This document shows, piece after piece, positions 1 to 9,704 of a stretch of 35,204 nt of DNA (positions are counted from its first letter, which is position 1; each line of letters opens with the position of its first letter). The DNA comes from Pseudomonadota bacterium (lineage in GTDB: Bacteria; Desulfobacterota; Desulfarculia; Desulfarculales; JAHJDS01). The notes beneath the pieces are model-generated. The model saw nothing but the letters and a program-made list of their open reading frames with translations, made no database searches and was not told where the DNA came from. Location: positions 1-35,204 of the forward strand of contig JAHJDS010000050.1 in NCBI GenBank assembly GCA_018812395.1, written 5' to 3'. The position numbers and the translations under genes are program-made.

Positions 1-2235
1 CATCATGGTGAAGACCCGGCGGCCGTCCTTTTTGGTCCACACCAGTTCGTAGGGCTGGACCGACCCCTTTTTGCGGAGTTCCACCTGATGAAGGAGGACT
101 AAGCGGTTGGCTTCATCCAGGAAGTCCAGCGTTTGCCGGCCCTTCAGCTCGTCGGGGGCGTAGCCCAGCATCTCGGCCAGCCGGTCGTTTAAATACAACA
201 GTTCGGTTCTTTCGTCGGCCTGAATGAAACCGGTGGGCAGGGCCTCCACCAGGGTCCGGTATTGATCCTCGCTCTCCCGCAACGCCTCCTCGGCCGCCTT
301 GCGCTCGGAGATGTCCTCGAACAGGACCAGATGATCGCCCGCCTCGAGCTTGACGACTCGGAAGTGGACCACCTTGGTCGAGCCGTCCTTGCACCTGACC
401 GTGCTCGTCTTGGTTATGACCGGTCCCTCGCCTTGGACCGCAATGTCTCTCTTCCAATCGGCGATCTCGGCCCGGCGCTCATCGGGATCGGGAAAGGCCA
501 GACGGTACCAGGTCCGTCCGTCGGGCACGTCGGCCAGGGTGTAGCCGAAGATGCGGGTGAAGGCCGGATTGACATAGGCGTAGGACCCGTCCGCCCGGAT
601 GAGGCTGACGCCGAGGGGGGACTGGTCGGTCAGGGTCTGGAAACGTTCCTGCTCGGCCCGGATCTGGGCCTCGGCCAACTTTTCCTCGGTCACGTCGTCG
701 TACACGGCCACCACTTCGCCGGAAGGCAGTTTGAAGACGTAGTTTTCCACCCACTGGGTCAGGCGGCCGTCCTGGTACCGGCCGGCGGGATGATGCTCCG
801 GCAGGCCGGTGCCGTTGACCCGCTGCAGCACGTCCCACAGGCCCAAGGCCTCCACCCCGGGGAAGGCTTTCCGGACGGCTTGCCCCAGAACGTCCGTCTT
901 TTTCACCCGGCTGATTCTTTCCCCGGCCCGGTTGAGATCGGTGAAGATGAAGTCCCGGCCGTCGGGCGCGGACTCGTACACGGCCACCCCGCTGCGCATG
1001 TTGTCGAACAGGGTCCGGAAACGTTGTTCGCTCTCCCGGAGGGCCTGCTCGGCCCTTTTGCGGTCGGTGACGTCCCGGGCGACGTGGACCACCCGGGTTA
1101 CCCGTCCGGTTTCGTCGCCCAGGGGATTGGTGGAGATGTCGGCGTAATATCGCTCGCCGTCGCTTCGAAAATGGACGTGTTCGTCGGTGGATCGACAACC
1201 CGATTTCACCGTCACCGCCAGCGGGCAGGGATCGGCGGGGGGTTGGCAAGGCCGGGACAGGCCGTGGGTCACCTCATAGCAGGGCCGGCCGATCACCTCC
1301 GCGGCGGACCGTCCCACCTCCTCGAAAAAGGCCTGGTTGGCCCAGGCGATGGTCAGATCATCGACGTTGATGATCGAAATGGCGTCGCTCAGGGCGTTGA
1401 GCACGGCCTCGCGGAACTCCTTTTCTCGCCGGACGGCCTCCAAGGCCCGCTGGCGATCGGTGACGTCCCTGATGACGACCACGCTCTCGGTCATTTGGCC
1501 GTCAGCGTCCCGGGTGGCGGCCCCCCGGATGTGGACGTCCAGGACGCGGCCGTCCCTGGTCAGACGCCTGGTCTCGAGGGTCGAGTCCCCCTCGCGCAAC
1601 AACCGGGCCCAGGCGTCCCGGGTCTTGTCCATTTCTTCCGGGGGCACGAAGTCGATCCGCCGGCCCAGCACCTCTTCGCCCGACCAGCCGAAAGTCTTTT
1701 CAAAGGCCTCGTTGACAAAGGTCGCCCGCCCCTCGGGGTCGTAGGCGATCACCGGATCGGGCAGGGCCCCCAGCAGGGCCTGGTGTCGGGTCTCGCTGGC
1801 GATCAGGGCCGCGGTGCGCTCCCGAACCAGCTCGGCCAGCTTTTGACGCTGGGCCCTGTTCTCGATCTCCAGGTCACGGCGTCGGACGGCGTTGGCCAGG
1901 TTGATCAGCACCTGGTTGGCGTCAAACGGCTTGGGCAAATAGCCGAAGGCGCCCAGATCGAGGGCCTTGGCCGCCACCCGGGGATCGTCGATGGTGCTGA
2001 TCATCACCACCGCCGTGTCCGGATGGGCGGCCTGGAGATGCTCGAGCAGGTCCAGACCCGACTCGCCGGGCATGATGATGTCCAGCAAGACCAGTTCGAA
2101 CGACCGCTCCTCCAGTCGGACCCGGGCCTCGGCGGTATTGAGGGCGGTGGTGCACCGGTAATCGTACTTCTCCAGCATGTATTTGAGGGCCAACCCGACG
2201 TTTTGCTCGTCGTCGACGATCAGGGTCTCGATCAT
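1..2235 (-). CDS. Hybrid sensor protein with an N-terminal CheY-like receiver followed by four to five PAS domains. The C-terminus and any output domain lie beyond the left window edge.
   Basis: Absent from the ORF track because it has no stop inside the window. Hand translation of the minus strand from ATG 2235..2233 gives MIETLIVDDEQNVGLALKYML...FELVLLDIIMPGESGLDLLEHL...VVMISTIDDPRVAAKALDLGAFGYLPKPFD (receiver: DD pair, acceptor D in LLDIIMPG, K in LPKPF). Repeated PAS-like blocks follow, separated by (V/I)xRDVT(D/E)R(K/Q)RAE linkers. The frame stays open for all 745 codons down to position 1. The + ORF 262..2472 is its shadow. Confidence 0.85.
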   Translation of the reverse strand, partial: MIETLIVDDEQNVGLALKYMLEKYDYRCTTALNTAEARVRLEERSFELVLLDIIMPGESGLDLLEHLQAAHPDTAVVMISTIDDPRVAAKALDLGAFGYLPKPFDANQVLINLANAVRRRDLEIENRAQRQKLAELVRERTAALIASETRHQALLGALPDPVIAYDPEGRATFVNEAFEKTFGWSGEEVLGRRIDFVPPEEMDKTRDAWARLLREGDSTLETRRLTRDGRVLDVHIRGAATRDADGQMTESVVVIRDVTDRQRALEAVRREKEFREAVLNALSDAISIINVDDLTIAWANQAFFEEVGRSAAEVIGRPCYEVTHGLSRPCQPPADPCPLAVTVKSGCRSTDEHVHFRSDGERYYADISTNPLGDETGRVTRVVHVARDVTDRKRAEQALRESEQRFRTLFDNMRSGVAVYESAPDGRDFIFTDLNRAGERISRVKKTDVLGQAVRKAFPGVEALGLWDVLQRVNGTGLPEHHPAGRYQDGRLTQWVENYVFKLPSGEVVAVYDDVTEEKLAEAQIRAEQERFQTLTDQSPLGVSLIRADGSYAYVNPAFTRIFGYTLADVPDGRTWYRLAFPDPDERRAEIADWKRDIAVQGEGPVITKTSTVRCKDGSTKVVHFRVVKLEAGDHLVLFEDISERKAAEEALRESEDQYRTLVEALPTGFIQADERTELLYLNDRLAEMLGYAPDELKGRQTLDFLDEANRLVLLHQVELRKKGSVQPYELVWTKKDGRRVFTMM

Positions 2236-2697
2236 GGCTTCTCTCCCTGGCGGTCGAGGTGGTCTTTCGGCCGGGTGGTCGGCGAGACGGGCTCCTCCAG
2301 GAGGGACCCGATGGCCTTGGCCGGCTTAACCCGGTCCGGAGGTTTCATGATCCGGTCCACGTCGGGCGGGGACACCGCTTCCTCCATCTTCTCCTCCAGG
2401 CGCGCTCCCGGACCCGTCTCTCGAGGTCGGAGGTCAGTTCCTGCGGCCTGGCCCCGTCTTCGACGACCATGATCCTGGCCGTGCTCTTGGTCCGGCTCGT
2501 TGGGTGTCTGCTCCTGCGCCCCGGATGCCATCCCCGGCCACGCCTGGCGCGGGGACTGTTGGTTCTCCCTCTGCAAGGGGGCGTTGATGAACCTCGAGCA
2601 CCGCTTTCGCCATTTTACCCCACCCACACCCCAGTTTTTACTGATTCGTTACCAGGTATCCTGGATTGTGTCGGGCATGCCGACCGTGATGATTTTA

Positions 2698-2725
2698 ATA
2701 TTATAGTAATATGGCTGCGTTACAA
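2698..2725 (-). promoter_or_regulatory. Candidate sigma70-type promoter for the receiver-PAS operon, lying in the only AT-rich island of this intergenic region
   Basis: The minus strand reads TTGTAA (2725..2720), N16, TAATAT (2703..2698). It overlaps the palindrome ATATTA-tag-TAATAT (2698..2712). By-eye consensus match only. Confidence 0.25.
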
Positions 2726-2856
2726 GGCCCGGCGTACCGATTTTTTTCCCATTTATTACTAGGCGTTTTATGATATTATTTTACGAAAACCGTCCATCTG
2801 AACCACACGGACGTCTACTCCAGGGCTTACAGGAAGGTTCGCCGCTCGCCCCTGAA

Positions 2857-5800
2857 TCAGTCGGGCTCGAGCGGCTGCCATTCCTGGATCGGGGTCAGGT
2901 AGATACCGGCCTCGATCCGCGACTCGTCCAAGCCCGCCTGTCGGGCCAGCATCAGGCGATAGGCGCATAGTTGCGGGGCGTAGTGGGCCGCCCGGTCCCG
3001 GGCGTACTCGGCCGGGTCGACCCCGGCCGGCACCCGCCCGGTCTTGTAGTCCAGGATGATCCATCTCCGGGTGTCATGGGCCACCAGGTCCAGCTCGCCG
3101 GACAAGATCGTCGTCCGCCCCGCCTCGCTCTCGACGGCCGCCTCGAGGGCCCATTCGGTGTGCCGGGTCCAGGTCTCTCCCTGGAGCAGGTCGGCCAAAA
3201 ATTTGTCCGCCAGGCAGGCCTCGACCTCGGCCAGAATCCGGTCGGCCGCGGCCGCGGCCTGATCCGCGGCCAGGCCTTCCTGGACCAGGGCCCGGGCCAC
3301 GGCCGCCCGGTCCGGCCGCGCTCGACCCTCGGCCACCCCCTGAAACAGCCGGTGGATGACCGTGCCTCGCCAGGCGTCCCGCCGGTCCGGCGGACCGGTC
3401 CGCCCGGCCTGGTCGTCATCGCTGGCCCGGGACTCGTCCGCCTCGACCAGCCCCGAGGGGGCCACCAGGTCCCACCCCGGACGCTGGGCCGTCACCCGGA
3501 TCGACCGGGGCCGGACCGGCGGCCCGGCCTGAACTTTTTTGCCGACCGGCCTCGAGCCGGACCGGGCCGGGTTGAGAACGATCTGGATCCCGGACCGGCC
3601 CGTCAGCGTCTGGTGGGGGCCGCCCGTCACCTCGGCCTTGATCAGGCCCTCGTGATCGAGCAGCCAGGCCAGCCAGCTTTTGGCGTTAGGGGCGGCCAAG
3701 CCGCCGTTTCGATCCGATTTGACCGGACCGCTCAGGTACAACTCCCGGCGGGCCCGGGTCAGGGCGACGTAGAACAGGCGCTTGGCCTCGGCCAGGTCGC
3801 GGGACCGCTCGATGCCCCAAAGGAGTTGATACAACGGATCGCTGTTTTTGGTCCGCCGGTCCGGGGCCACGGCCAGCAGGTGCTCGCCGCTCCCGGGCAA
3901 ACGGACCGACAGGTACGGCGGACCGCCCCCCCGGCCGCCGCCCAGGACGTCTCGCCCCAGGTCGGGCACGAACACGGCGTCGAATTCGAGACCCTTGGCC
4001 CCATGAACGGTCATCATCTGAACCGGGGAGTCGGCCGCGGCCGGGTCCTCGGGTTGGTACACCCCGTCCAGCCGCCGCTCCAGGGCGTCCAGGGTCCGGT
4101 GCGGCCCGTCGCCCTCGACCGCGGCCAGCAAAGCGAGCACGGCCCGGCAGTTCTCGACGCCGGCCGGTCCGGACAACCGGGCCGCGCCGCGGGCCCCGCC
4201 CAGGTCGAGCCAGACCGCCTCGACCACCTCGGCCAGGGGGCGGCGGCCGACCTGGCCCGCCCCCTCGGCCAGAACGGCCCACACCCGGGCCAGGCGTGCG
4301 TCATGCTCGGCCGCGGCCTCGATCCTCTGCCGCCAGGATCGTCCCTCGGCCGGCAGGGCGTCCCGAACCTTGACCAGATCAGCGATCTCGAACCAGGACC
4401 ACGGCGCGCGCAGCAGACCGGCCCAGGCCAGATCGTCGTGGGGCCGGCACAGGGCCCGGGCCAGGTTGACCAGGTGACCGGCCTCGGGCGCGTCCATCAG
4501 CCGGAGGCCCTCCTTGAGCCGGACCGGCACCCCGTAATCCTTCAGGGCGGCCAGGTAGACGGTCAGGTTGGTCCGGGCCCGGAGCAGGACGGCGATGCTC
4601 TCCGGCGGCCGAGGCCGATTCAGGAGCGCGGCCACCTGCCCCCCCAGCCAGCGGGCCTCGGCCAGAAGGGGGGATGATGACTCCGGCGCATCGTAGAACA
4701 CCGAGGCCGCGATCTGGGCACCCGTATCAATGGCCCCGGGCGCGGCTCGGCCCGGTTGGAACTCGACTTCGTCGGCCTCCGGGTCCACGGCGGTCATCAC
4801 CGTCCGGTCGAACAGGTCGTTGACCCACTCGATCAGCCGGGGCGAGGACCGGAAATTGGTTCGCAGGCGCAAGGGCTCGAGGGCCAGCCGACCGTGATGC
4901 GGCAGGGGCAGGCCGTCGCGGCCGGCCTGGACGAACAGCCCCACCTCGGCCTTGCGAAAGCGGAAAATCGACTGCTTCGGGTCGCCGACCACGAACACCG
5001 TCCGGCCGTCGCCCGGCTCCCAGCCCAGGCACATCCGCCGGATGAGGTCCCACTGCCGCCGCGAGGTGTCCTGGAACTCGTCGACCAGCAGGTGCTGGAG
5101 CCGGTGGTCCAGATAGAGCTGAAGATCGGTCGGGGCGTCCTCGCCAAAGAGGTTCAGGGCCGCCTCCTCGAGGGCGACGTAGTCCAGGGCGGCCTTGGCC
5201 CGCAAATGACGGCCAAAGGTTTCGACCGCCCCGCCGGCCAATTGGAGCAGGTCGCCCAGGTGGGCGACGACCTCGGCCATCAGGGCCGGGGCCTGGTCCG
5301 TGGTGGGCAGATCGCGGACCCGCCCCAGGAGTTCGGACGCGGCCCGGGGCAGACCGCTGATCAGCCCGGCCCAGGCCGGCCTGTCGAACTCCCCGGAAAA
5401 CTCGGAATTGGGACCGAATTGCCTTCTCGGTGTCCGCCCGGTCCTGGTCAGCAGAATCCGATCCAGGGCCTGCCAGTCCGGGAGATCGTCCCAACGATCA
5501 CCAGGCAGATTGTGGGGCAAGACCTCCGCCGCCGGGGCGTCGATGTCCCGCAGGTGATCGACCAGGGCGGGCCATTGACGGCCAAGATCCGATCGGCCGA
5601 ACTCCAGGCGCAGCGCCGTGAGGCGGGCCTCGGCCAGCGTTTGCAGACGGCGGGTCAAATCAGGCCCCAGGTCATCGGGCGGTTCGGACAGGAGATCGGC
5701 CAGGAGGTCGCGGCGCTGGATCAGGCCGCACAACTCGTCCACCAGTCGGCCCAGCCGGTTGTCCAGGCGAAGCAGACGCCGGTCCACGGCCTGACGCCAG

Positions 5801-6309
5801 GGGTCGTCCGGGGGCCGGTGGAGGATCTCCTGGCAAAACCCGGCCGCCGCTTCGCGGCTGAGCAGCGGCTGGTCCGCCTCGGCCAACAGCTCGGCCCCCA
5901 GACCGGCCCCGGACTCGAGCGGCGCGGCCCGGGCCAGCAAATGACAAAAGCCGTGAAAGGTCATGATCCGCAGACCGTCGGGCGAACCGAGTTCGGCCCT
6001 CTTGTCGCCGTGCCGGTCCCACACCGCCCGACCCAGTTCCAGCAGTCGTTGGTCCCAGTCGTTTTCCGGCGCGCCGCCGTCCCTGGCCCGGATCAGGACG
6101 TCGAAACACCGCTCGGCCATTTCGCCGGCGGCCCGGTTGGTGAAGGTCAGGGCCAGGATCTGCCCGGGGTGTTGGACCTGGCCCAGGAGTTTGAGGAAGC
6201 GGGCCGTCAGCAGGGCCGTCTTGCCCGAGCCGGCCGGAGCCTCGACGTGGAAGGACCGGGTCGTGTCCAGGGCCCGTTCCCGGTCAGCGGCGTCGGGCAG
6301 CGAAGTCAT
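2857..6309 (-). CDS. addA: AddA-type ATP-dependent helicase/nuclease (UvrD/Rep SF1 helicase plus C-terminal RecB-family PD-(D/E)XK nuclease)
   Basis: Walker A in HVEAPAGSGKTALLTARF, then LALTFTNRAAGEM and motif II in LLVDEFQDTSRRQW. The C-terminal nuclease motif is GELDLVAHDTRRWIILDYKTG. The ORF is open to 6357, but ATG 6309..6307 overlaps the addB stop as ATGA (6306..6309), so I place the start there. Confidence 0.85.
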   Translation of the reverse strand: MTSLPDAADRERALDTTRSFHVEAPAGSGKTALLTARFLKLLGQVQHPGQILALTFTNRAAGEMAERCFDVLIRARDGGAPENDWDQRLLELGRAVWDRHGDKRAELGSPDGLRIMTFHGFCHLLARAAPLESGAGLGAELLAEADQPLLSREAAAGFCQEILHRPPDDPWRQAVDRRLLRLDNRLGRLVDELCGLIQRRDLLADLLSEPPDDLGPDLTRRLQTLAEARLTALRLEFGRSDLGRQWPALVDHLRDIDAPAAEVLPHNLPGDRWDDLPDWQALDRILLTRTGRTPRRQFGPNSEFSGEFDRPAWAGLISGLPRAASELLGRVRDLPTTDQAPALMAEVVAHLGDLLQLAGGAVETFGRHLRAKAALDYVALEEAALNLFGEDAPTDLQLYLDHRLQHLLVDEFQDTSRRQWDLIRRMCLGWEPGDGRTVFVVGDPKQSIFRFRKAEVGLFVQAGRDGLPLPHHGRLALEPLRLRTNFRSSPRLIEWVNDLFDRTVMTAVDPEADEVEFQPGRAAPGAIDTGAQIAASVFYDAPESSSPLLAEARWLGGQVAALLNRPRPPESIAVLLRARTNLTVYLAALKDYGVPVRLKEGLRLMDAPEAGHLVNLARALCRPHDDLAWAGLLRAPWSWFEIADLVKVRDALPAEGRSWRQRIEAAAEHDARLARVWAVLAEGAGQVGRRPLAEVVEAVWLDLGGARGAARLSGPAGVENCRAVLALLAAVEGDGPHRTLDALERRLDGVYQPEDPAAADSPVQMMTVHGAKGLEFDAVFVPDLGRDVLGGGRGGGPPYLSVRLPGSGEHLLAVAPDRRTKNSDPLYQLLWGIERSRDLAEAKRLFYVALTRARRELYLSGPVKSDRNGGLAAPNAKSWLAWLLDHEGLIKAEVTGGPHQTLTGRSGIQIVLNPARSGSRPVGKKVQAGPPVRPRSIRVTAQRPGWDLVAPSGLVEADESRASDDDQAGRTGPPDRRDAWRGTVIHRLFQGVAEGRARPDRAAVARALVQEGLAADQAAAAADRILAEVEACLADKFLADLLQGETWTRHTEWALEAAVESEAGRTTILSGELDLVAHDTRRWIILDYKTGRVPAGVDPAEYARDRAAHYAPQLCAYRLMLARQAGLDESRIEAGIYLTPIQEWQPLEPD

Positions 6310-9011
6310 GGCCCTTCCTCCCCGGTGGCCGGCGGACACAGCAGCCCATAGGGGCATCGCTCACACGGCCCTTCCGTCTTCCGAATCGAGGCCTCGGGAT
6401 GGGGCTCGGCCGGGAACCGGCCTTGGTGGAGCGGTTCGAAACGCTCCCGCAGTCTGCCTAGCCAACGGACTCGGGCCTCCTCCCAGGCTTCGGGACCCCT
6501 GTCCCTCAGATGAGGTCTGATTGCGACGGCCGACTTCACTTCGAGATAACCGGCCCTGATACGGCCATCCGCGACGCATTGTCTTCCCCGCTCCGGCAGG
6601 CGGCAGGCGCCCTGGCGCAGGGCCTCGACATAGGCCAGCAATTGGGGCCGGACCAGCAGGTCGAAAACCTCCCGGGCCGAGGGAGGCTCGCCGGTCTTGT
6701 AGTCCCAGGCCAGAATGCCTTCCTCGTCGTGAAGGTCGATCCGGTCGACCCGTCCCTTGAGGCTCAGTCCGGCCTCGGCGATGACCAGGTCCGCAAAATT
6801 CACCTCCTCGTCGATGGTCCGCCAGCCCTCCTGCCGATGGGTCCGCTCGAGTTGCAGCCACGGCCGCAACACTCCGGGTTCGTCCAGCCAACGGGCCCGC
6901 TCCACCCGCCAGACCGGATCGTCCTTCCGCCGGCCCAGGACCTGGTCCACGCACTCGACCAACAGCCGCTCGGCGTCGGTCGAATCCAGGTCCGTGTTTT
7001 CGGCGCGGAGGCGGCTGGTGAAGACCTGCAACACCTGGTGCAGCACCCGGCCCCGCTCCAGGGGGGTGACGCCCGGTTCGAGCTCGGCCAAGGGTTCCAG
7101 GCCGAGAATCACCCGGGCCAAAAACCGGGCCGGACAGGTCAGGGCCGTTTCCAGGACCGAGACCGAGATCGTCTTGGGGACCAGGCCGGGCGCCGGGGCG
7201 TCAATGAATTCCGGCCGGGGTTCGCCCCACCCTTGCCAGGCGTCCCCATACCACCTGGCCCGCAGCCAGGCCGGATCGGGCTCGCGCCAGGGCGAGACCT
7301 GGACCTCCTCCTCCTGACCGGGCCAGAAGATCGAGGCCGGCAACGGCTCGTCCTCGTGGTGTCGAGGCCGGGTGAGGACGACCTCGGCGGCCGAGGCGCA
7401 CAAGACCCCGAAGGCCCGGGCCGAGAACCGATACTCGCTCTCGACGGTGCCGCCCAGCACCTGGGCCCGTTCCCCGGGCGACAAGAGCGGCAGGCGCCGC
7501 ACCGGCCGGGGCCACGATCGGGCGTCCAGGCCCAGGACGAACAGCCGGTCAAAGCACAGCCCCCGGGCCTCCTCGGGCAGGAGGACCTGCACCCCGGCCC
7601 GCTCGCTGCCCTCGGTCCGCCCCGGCGTGCGCCCCAGGGCGGCCTCGAGCCAGGAGCGAAACCCGGCCCCATCAACGGCCATGGGGCCCAGGTCCCGGGC
7701 CAGTTCCGACAAGACCTGCTCGAACGCCAGGCGATCGGCCTGGTCCTCATCGCTCTGGGGCGACTCGAAACCCAGCTCGTCCAGGACGAGGCCCAGGGCC
7801 CTGGTCCAGGCGGCGATTGGCTGCGGCCCCGCCGTCATCAGCGGCGCCAGGGCCTCGTCCAGCCGGCGGCCGCTGGGTCCCAGGCGCAGCCCTTCGGCCA
7901 CGGCCGGATCAGACAGGAAGTCGCTCACCGATCCGAATACCGGGCGCTCCCGCCAACGGCGGTCGGCCTCGAATATCTCCGTCTCGGACCCGGAAAGGGC
8001 CGAGAAAAAAGGCGAGTCGATCAGGTCCAGCAGGTCGGACCGGTCCACCGGCCGGGCGGCGGCGCGCAGGGGCGCCAGGGCGGCTTTGACCAGGGGTCGT
8101 TCCAGAAGCGATCGGCGACGGGCCGAGCCGTACCAAAACCCGTCACCCGGCCGGTTCTCCCCCAGGGCCTGGCGAAAGGCCCGGTCCAACTCCGGACCGT
8201 AGTCTTTGGCATCAGGGACGACCAGGCCGATGTGGCTGAGCGGCGTTTGGGCCGCCGCCCGGATCGTCTCCCCGACCACCCACCACCCTTCCCGCTCCCG
8301 GTCGGCCAGGGCCACGGCCCGGACCCCCTCGGCCGGGGCGGCCGGCAGATCGAGACGGGTCAACTCCGCCGCGGCCTCGAGGGCGGCGAACAGGGCCCGT
8401 TCCGCGGCCGAGGGAAAGTCGAACCCGGCCCGGACGACCCGCCGGGGGATGACGACCCTCTTGGCCGAAATGCCTCGGGCCACCAGGCCCGACAACCGGC
8501 CGGGATGAAAGAAACCGTCCCGGTCCAGACCTTGGTCCAGGCGGTCGAACAGCCGGCGACGCCACTCGACCACCGGCGAGGACGGTTCGGCCCGGGGCGG
8601 CGTTGGTACGTAGTCGGCCAAGACGGTATAGGCGACATTAAGAGCCTCGGCCAGGTCGGGTCCGGGGCGCTCTTCCCCGGGCGAAGGATCGTCGGTCGCC
8701 AGCTCGATCCACCGCCGCCACACGAGGTACGGCGGGGCCGGCGACCGTTCCGGCCAGGACTGGGACCAGACGTGACGGGCCCAGGCCCCGAGCGAAAAGA
8801 TGGGGGCCCGCTCCCAGCCCGAGCGGCCGTCGGCCATTTGCTCGGCCCGCCACCGCTCCCGGAGGGTCCTGGCCAGACGGGCCGTGCCGACCAGGACCAC
8901 GGCCCCCGCCCGGGCGGCGGACAGGACCGCGGCCTGGAATTCATCGACCAAAGACACGAATCGACCCGAAGCCATGCCGGTTACTTGGCACAGCGGAGTC
9001 TGAGGTGTCAA
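6306..9011 (-). CDS. addB: AddB-type helicase-nuclease subunit (PD-(D/E)XK nuclease with Fe-S cluster cysteines)
   Basis: 901-aa ORF. The C-terminal nuclease motif is KGRVDRIDLHDEEGILAWDYKTGEPP. It is bracketed by one upstream Cys (LETALTCPARF) and three downstream Cys (CERCPYGLLC), the pattern known for the AddB iron-sulfur nuclease domain. It sits directly upstream of addA and is translationally coupled to it. The start is uncertain: TTG 9011 or ATG 8975 (MASGRFVSL...). Confidence 0.8.
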   Translation of the reverse strand: MTPQTPLCQVTGMASGRFVSLVDEFQAAVLSAARAGAVVLVGTARLARTLRERWRAEQMADGRSGWERAPIFSLGAWARHVWSQSWPERSPAPPYLVWRRWIELATDDPSPGEERPGPDLAEALNVAYTVLADYVPTPPRAEPSSPVVEWRRRLFDRLDQGLDRDGFFHPGRLSGLVARGISAKRVVIPRRVVRAGFDFPSAAERALFAALEAAAELTRLDLPAAPAEGVRAVALADREREGWWVVGETIRAAAQTPLSHIGLVVPDAKDYGPELDRAFRQALGENRPGDGFWYGSARRRSLLERPLVKAALAPLRAAARPVDRSDLLDLIDSPFFSALSGSETEIFEADRRWRERPVFGSVSDFLSDPAVAEGLRLGPSGRRLDEALAPLMTAGPQPIAAWTRALGLVLDELGFESPQSDEDQADRLAFEQVLSELARDLGPMAVDGAGFRSWLEAALGRTPGRTEGSERAGVQVLLPEEARGLCFDRLFVLGLDARSWPRPVRRLPLLSPGERAQVLGGTVESEYRFSARAFGVLCASAAEVVLTRPRHHEDEPLPASIFWPGQEEEVQVSPWREPDPAWLRARWYGDAWQGWGEPRPEFIDAPAPGLVPKTISVSVLETALTCPARFLARVILGLEPLAELEPGVTPLERGRVLHQVLQVFTSRLRAENTDLDSTDAERLLVECVDQVLGRRKDDPVWRVERARWLDEPGVLRPWLQLERTHRQEGWRTIDEEVNFADLVIAEAGLSLKGRVDRIDLHDEEGILAWDYKTGEPPSAREVFDLLVRPQLLAYVEALRQGACRLPERGRQCVADGRIRAGYLEVKSAVAIRPHLRDRGPEAWEEARVRWLGRLRERFEPLHQGRFPAEPHPEASIRKTEGPCERCPYGLLCPPATGEEGP

Positions 9012-9016
9012 GGCGC

Positions 9017-9045
9017 TTGATCGGCCGGCCGGCCGGGGTTATGAT
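9017..9045 (+). promoter_or_regulatory. Candidate sigma70 promoter for the RdgC-like pair
   Basis: TTGATC (9017..9022), N17 (GGCCGGCCGGCCGGGGT), TATGAT (9040..9045), about 35 nt upstream of ATG 9081. A GGGGAAG Shine-Dalgarno sits just before the ATG. Confidence 0.4.
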
Positions 9046-9080
9046 GGGCCGGCTGTTTTTGTTGGGTCAAAGGGGAAGAC

Positions 9081-9704
9081 ATGTCATTGTTGGCCGGTTC
9101 GTTTTCGCTCAGCCGGTATCGGCTCGACCAAGAGCCGCCGCCCGGGTTTTTCTCCCGCGTCCGGGACCTGGTGGCCAGGTTCGCCTTTGTGGACATCGAG
9201 GATTCCGACGCCGAAGCGAGCGTCGGCTGGGTGGACGCGGCCGATCCCTATGACCCCGGCTTCGGCCGGCTGGGAATAAACGTCGGGCCGTTCATCGTCC
9301 TGGGACTCAGGCGGGACGCGCGGACCATCAGCCCGGCCGTCCTCAAGAAATACACCGAGCTGGAGACCCGCCGCCTCCAGGCCGAGCGCCCGGAGCGGCC
9401 CCTGACGACCCATCACCGGCGCGAGGTCAGGGAACGGACCCTGGCCCGCCTCCGGGGGCGGCTGCCGGCCGCGACCAAGATGGTCCACGTGGTCTGGGAC
9501 ACCGATACGGGCGACATCTTCCTGGGGGCGGCCATTGCTAAGTGGCGGCAGGTCTTCGAGGACCTGTTCATCAACACCTTTGACCTGATACCTATTCTGC
9601 AGGCGCCGCCCCTGGCCGCGGCCCGGCTCGACCCGGAAAGGGACCTGGGCGCCCTGGACCGCCTGGCCCCGGCCAACCTGGCCCGGGTGGTCGGAGACCG
9701 GTGA
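9081..9704 (+). CDS. RdgC-like recombination-associated protein, N-terminal/central part
   Basis: By eye it is collinear with roughly the first 170 residues of E. coli RdgC as I recall it. Matches: SLSRYRL vs MVYRLS; VGWV vs MGWV; [32 protein letters not shown] vs [69 protein letters not shown] vs [37 protein letters not shown]. Good GC3 codon bias. Confidence 0.6.
   Translation: [207 protein letters not shown]

Noticed and set aside
262-2472. 736-aa + strand ORF, the longest ORF listed at the left end
   Set aside because: G/P/R/L-rich low-complexity translation with no recognisable motif. It lies exactly antisense to a clean receiver-PAS reading frame (1..2235, -), so it is a shadow ORF typical of GC-rich DNA.
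2776-2813. Possible terminator of addA on the minus strand (CGTCC...GGACG, followed by GTTTTCGTAAAATAA)
   Set aside because: The stem is only 5 bp with a 13-nt loop, which is too weak to call.
2971-9020. + strand ORFs 2971..4677, 4756..6351 and 6510..9020, plus numerous 60-250-aa ORFs in both strands
   Set aside because: All lie inside addA/addB. Their translations are Arg/Gly/Pro-rich nonsense, whereas the minus-strand frames carry helicase and nuclease motifs.
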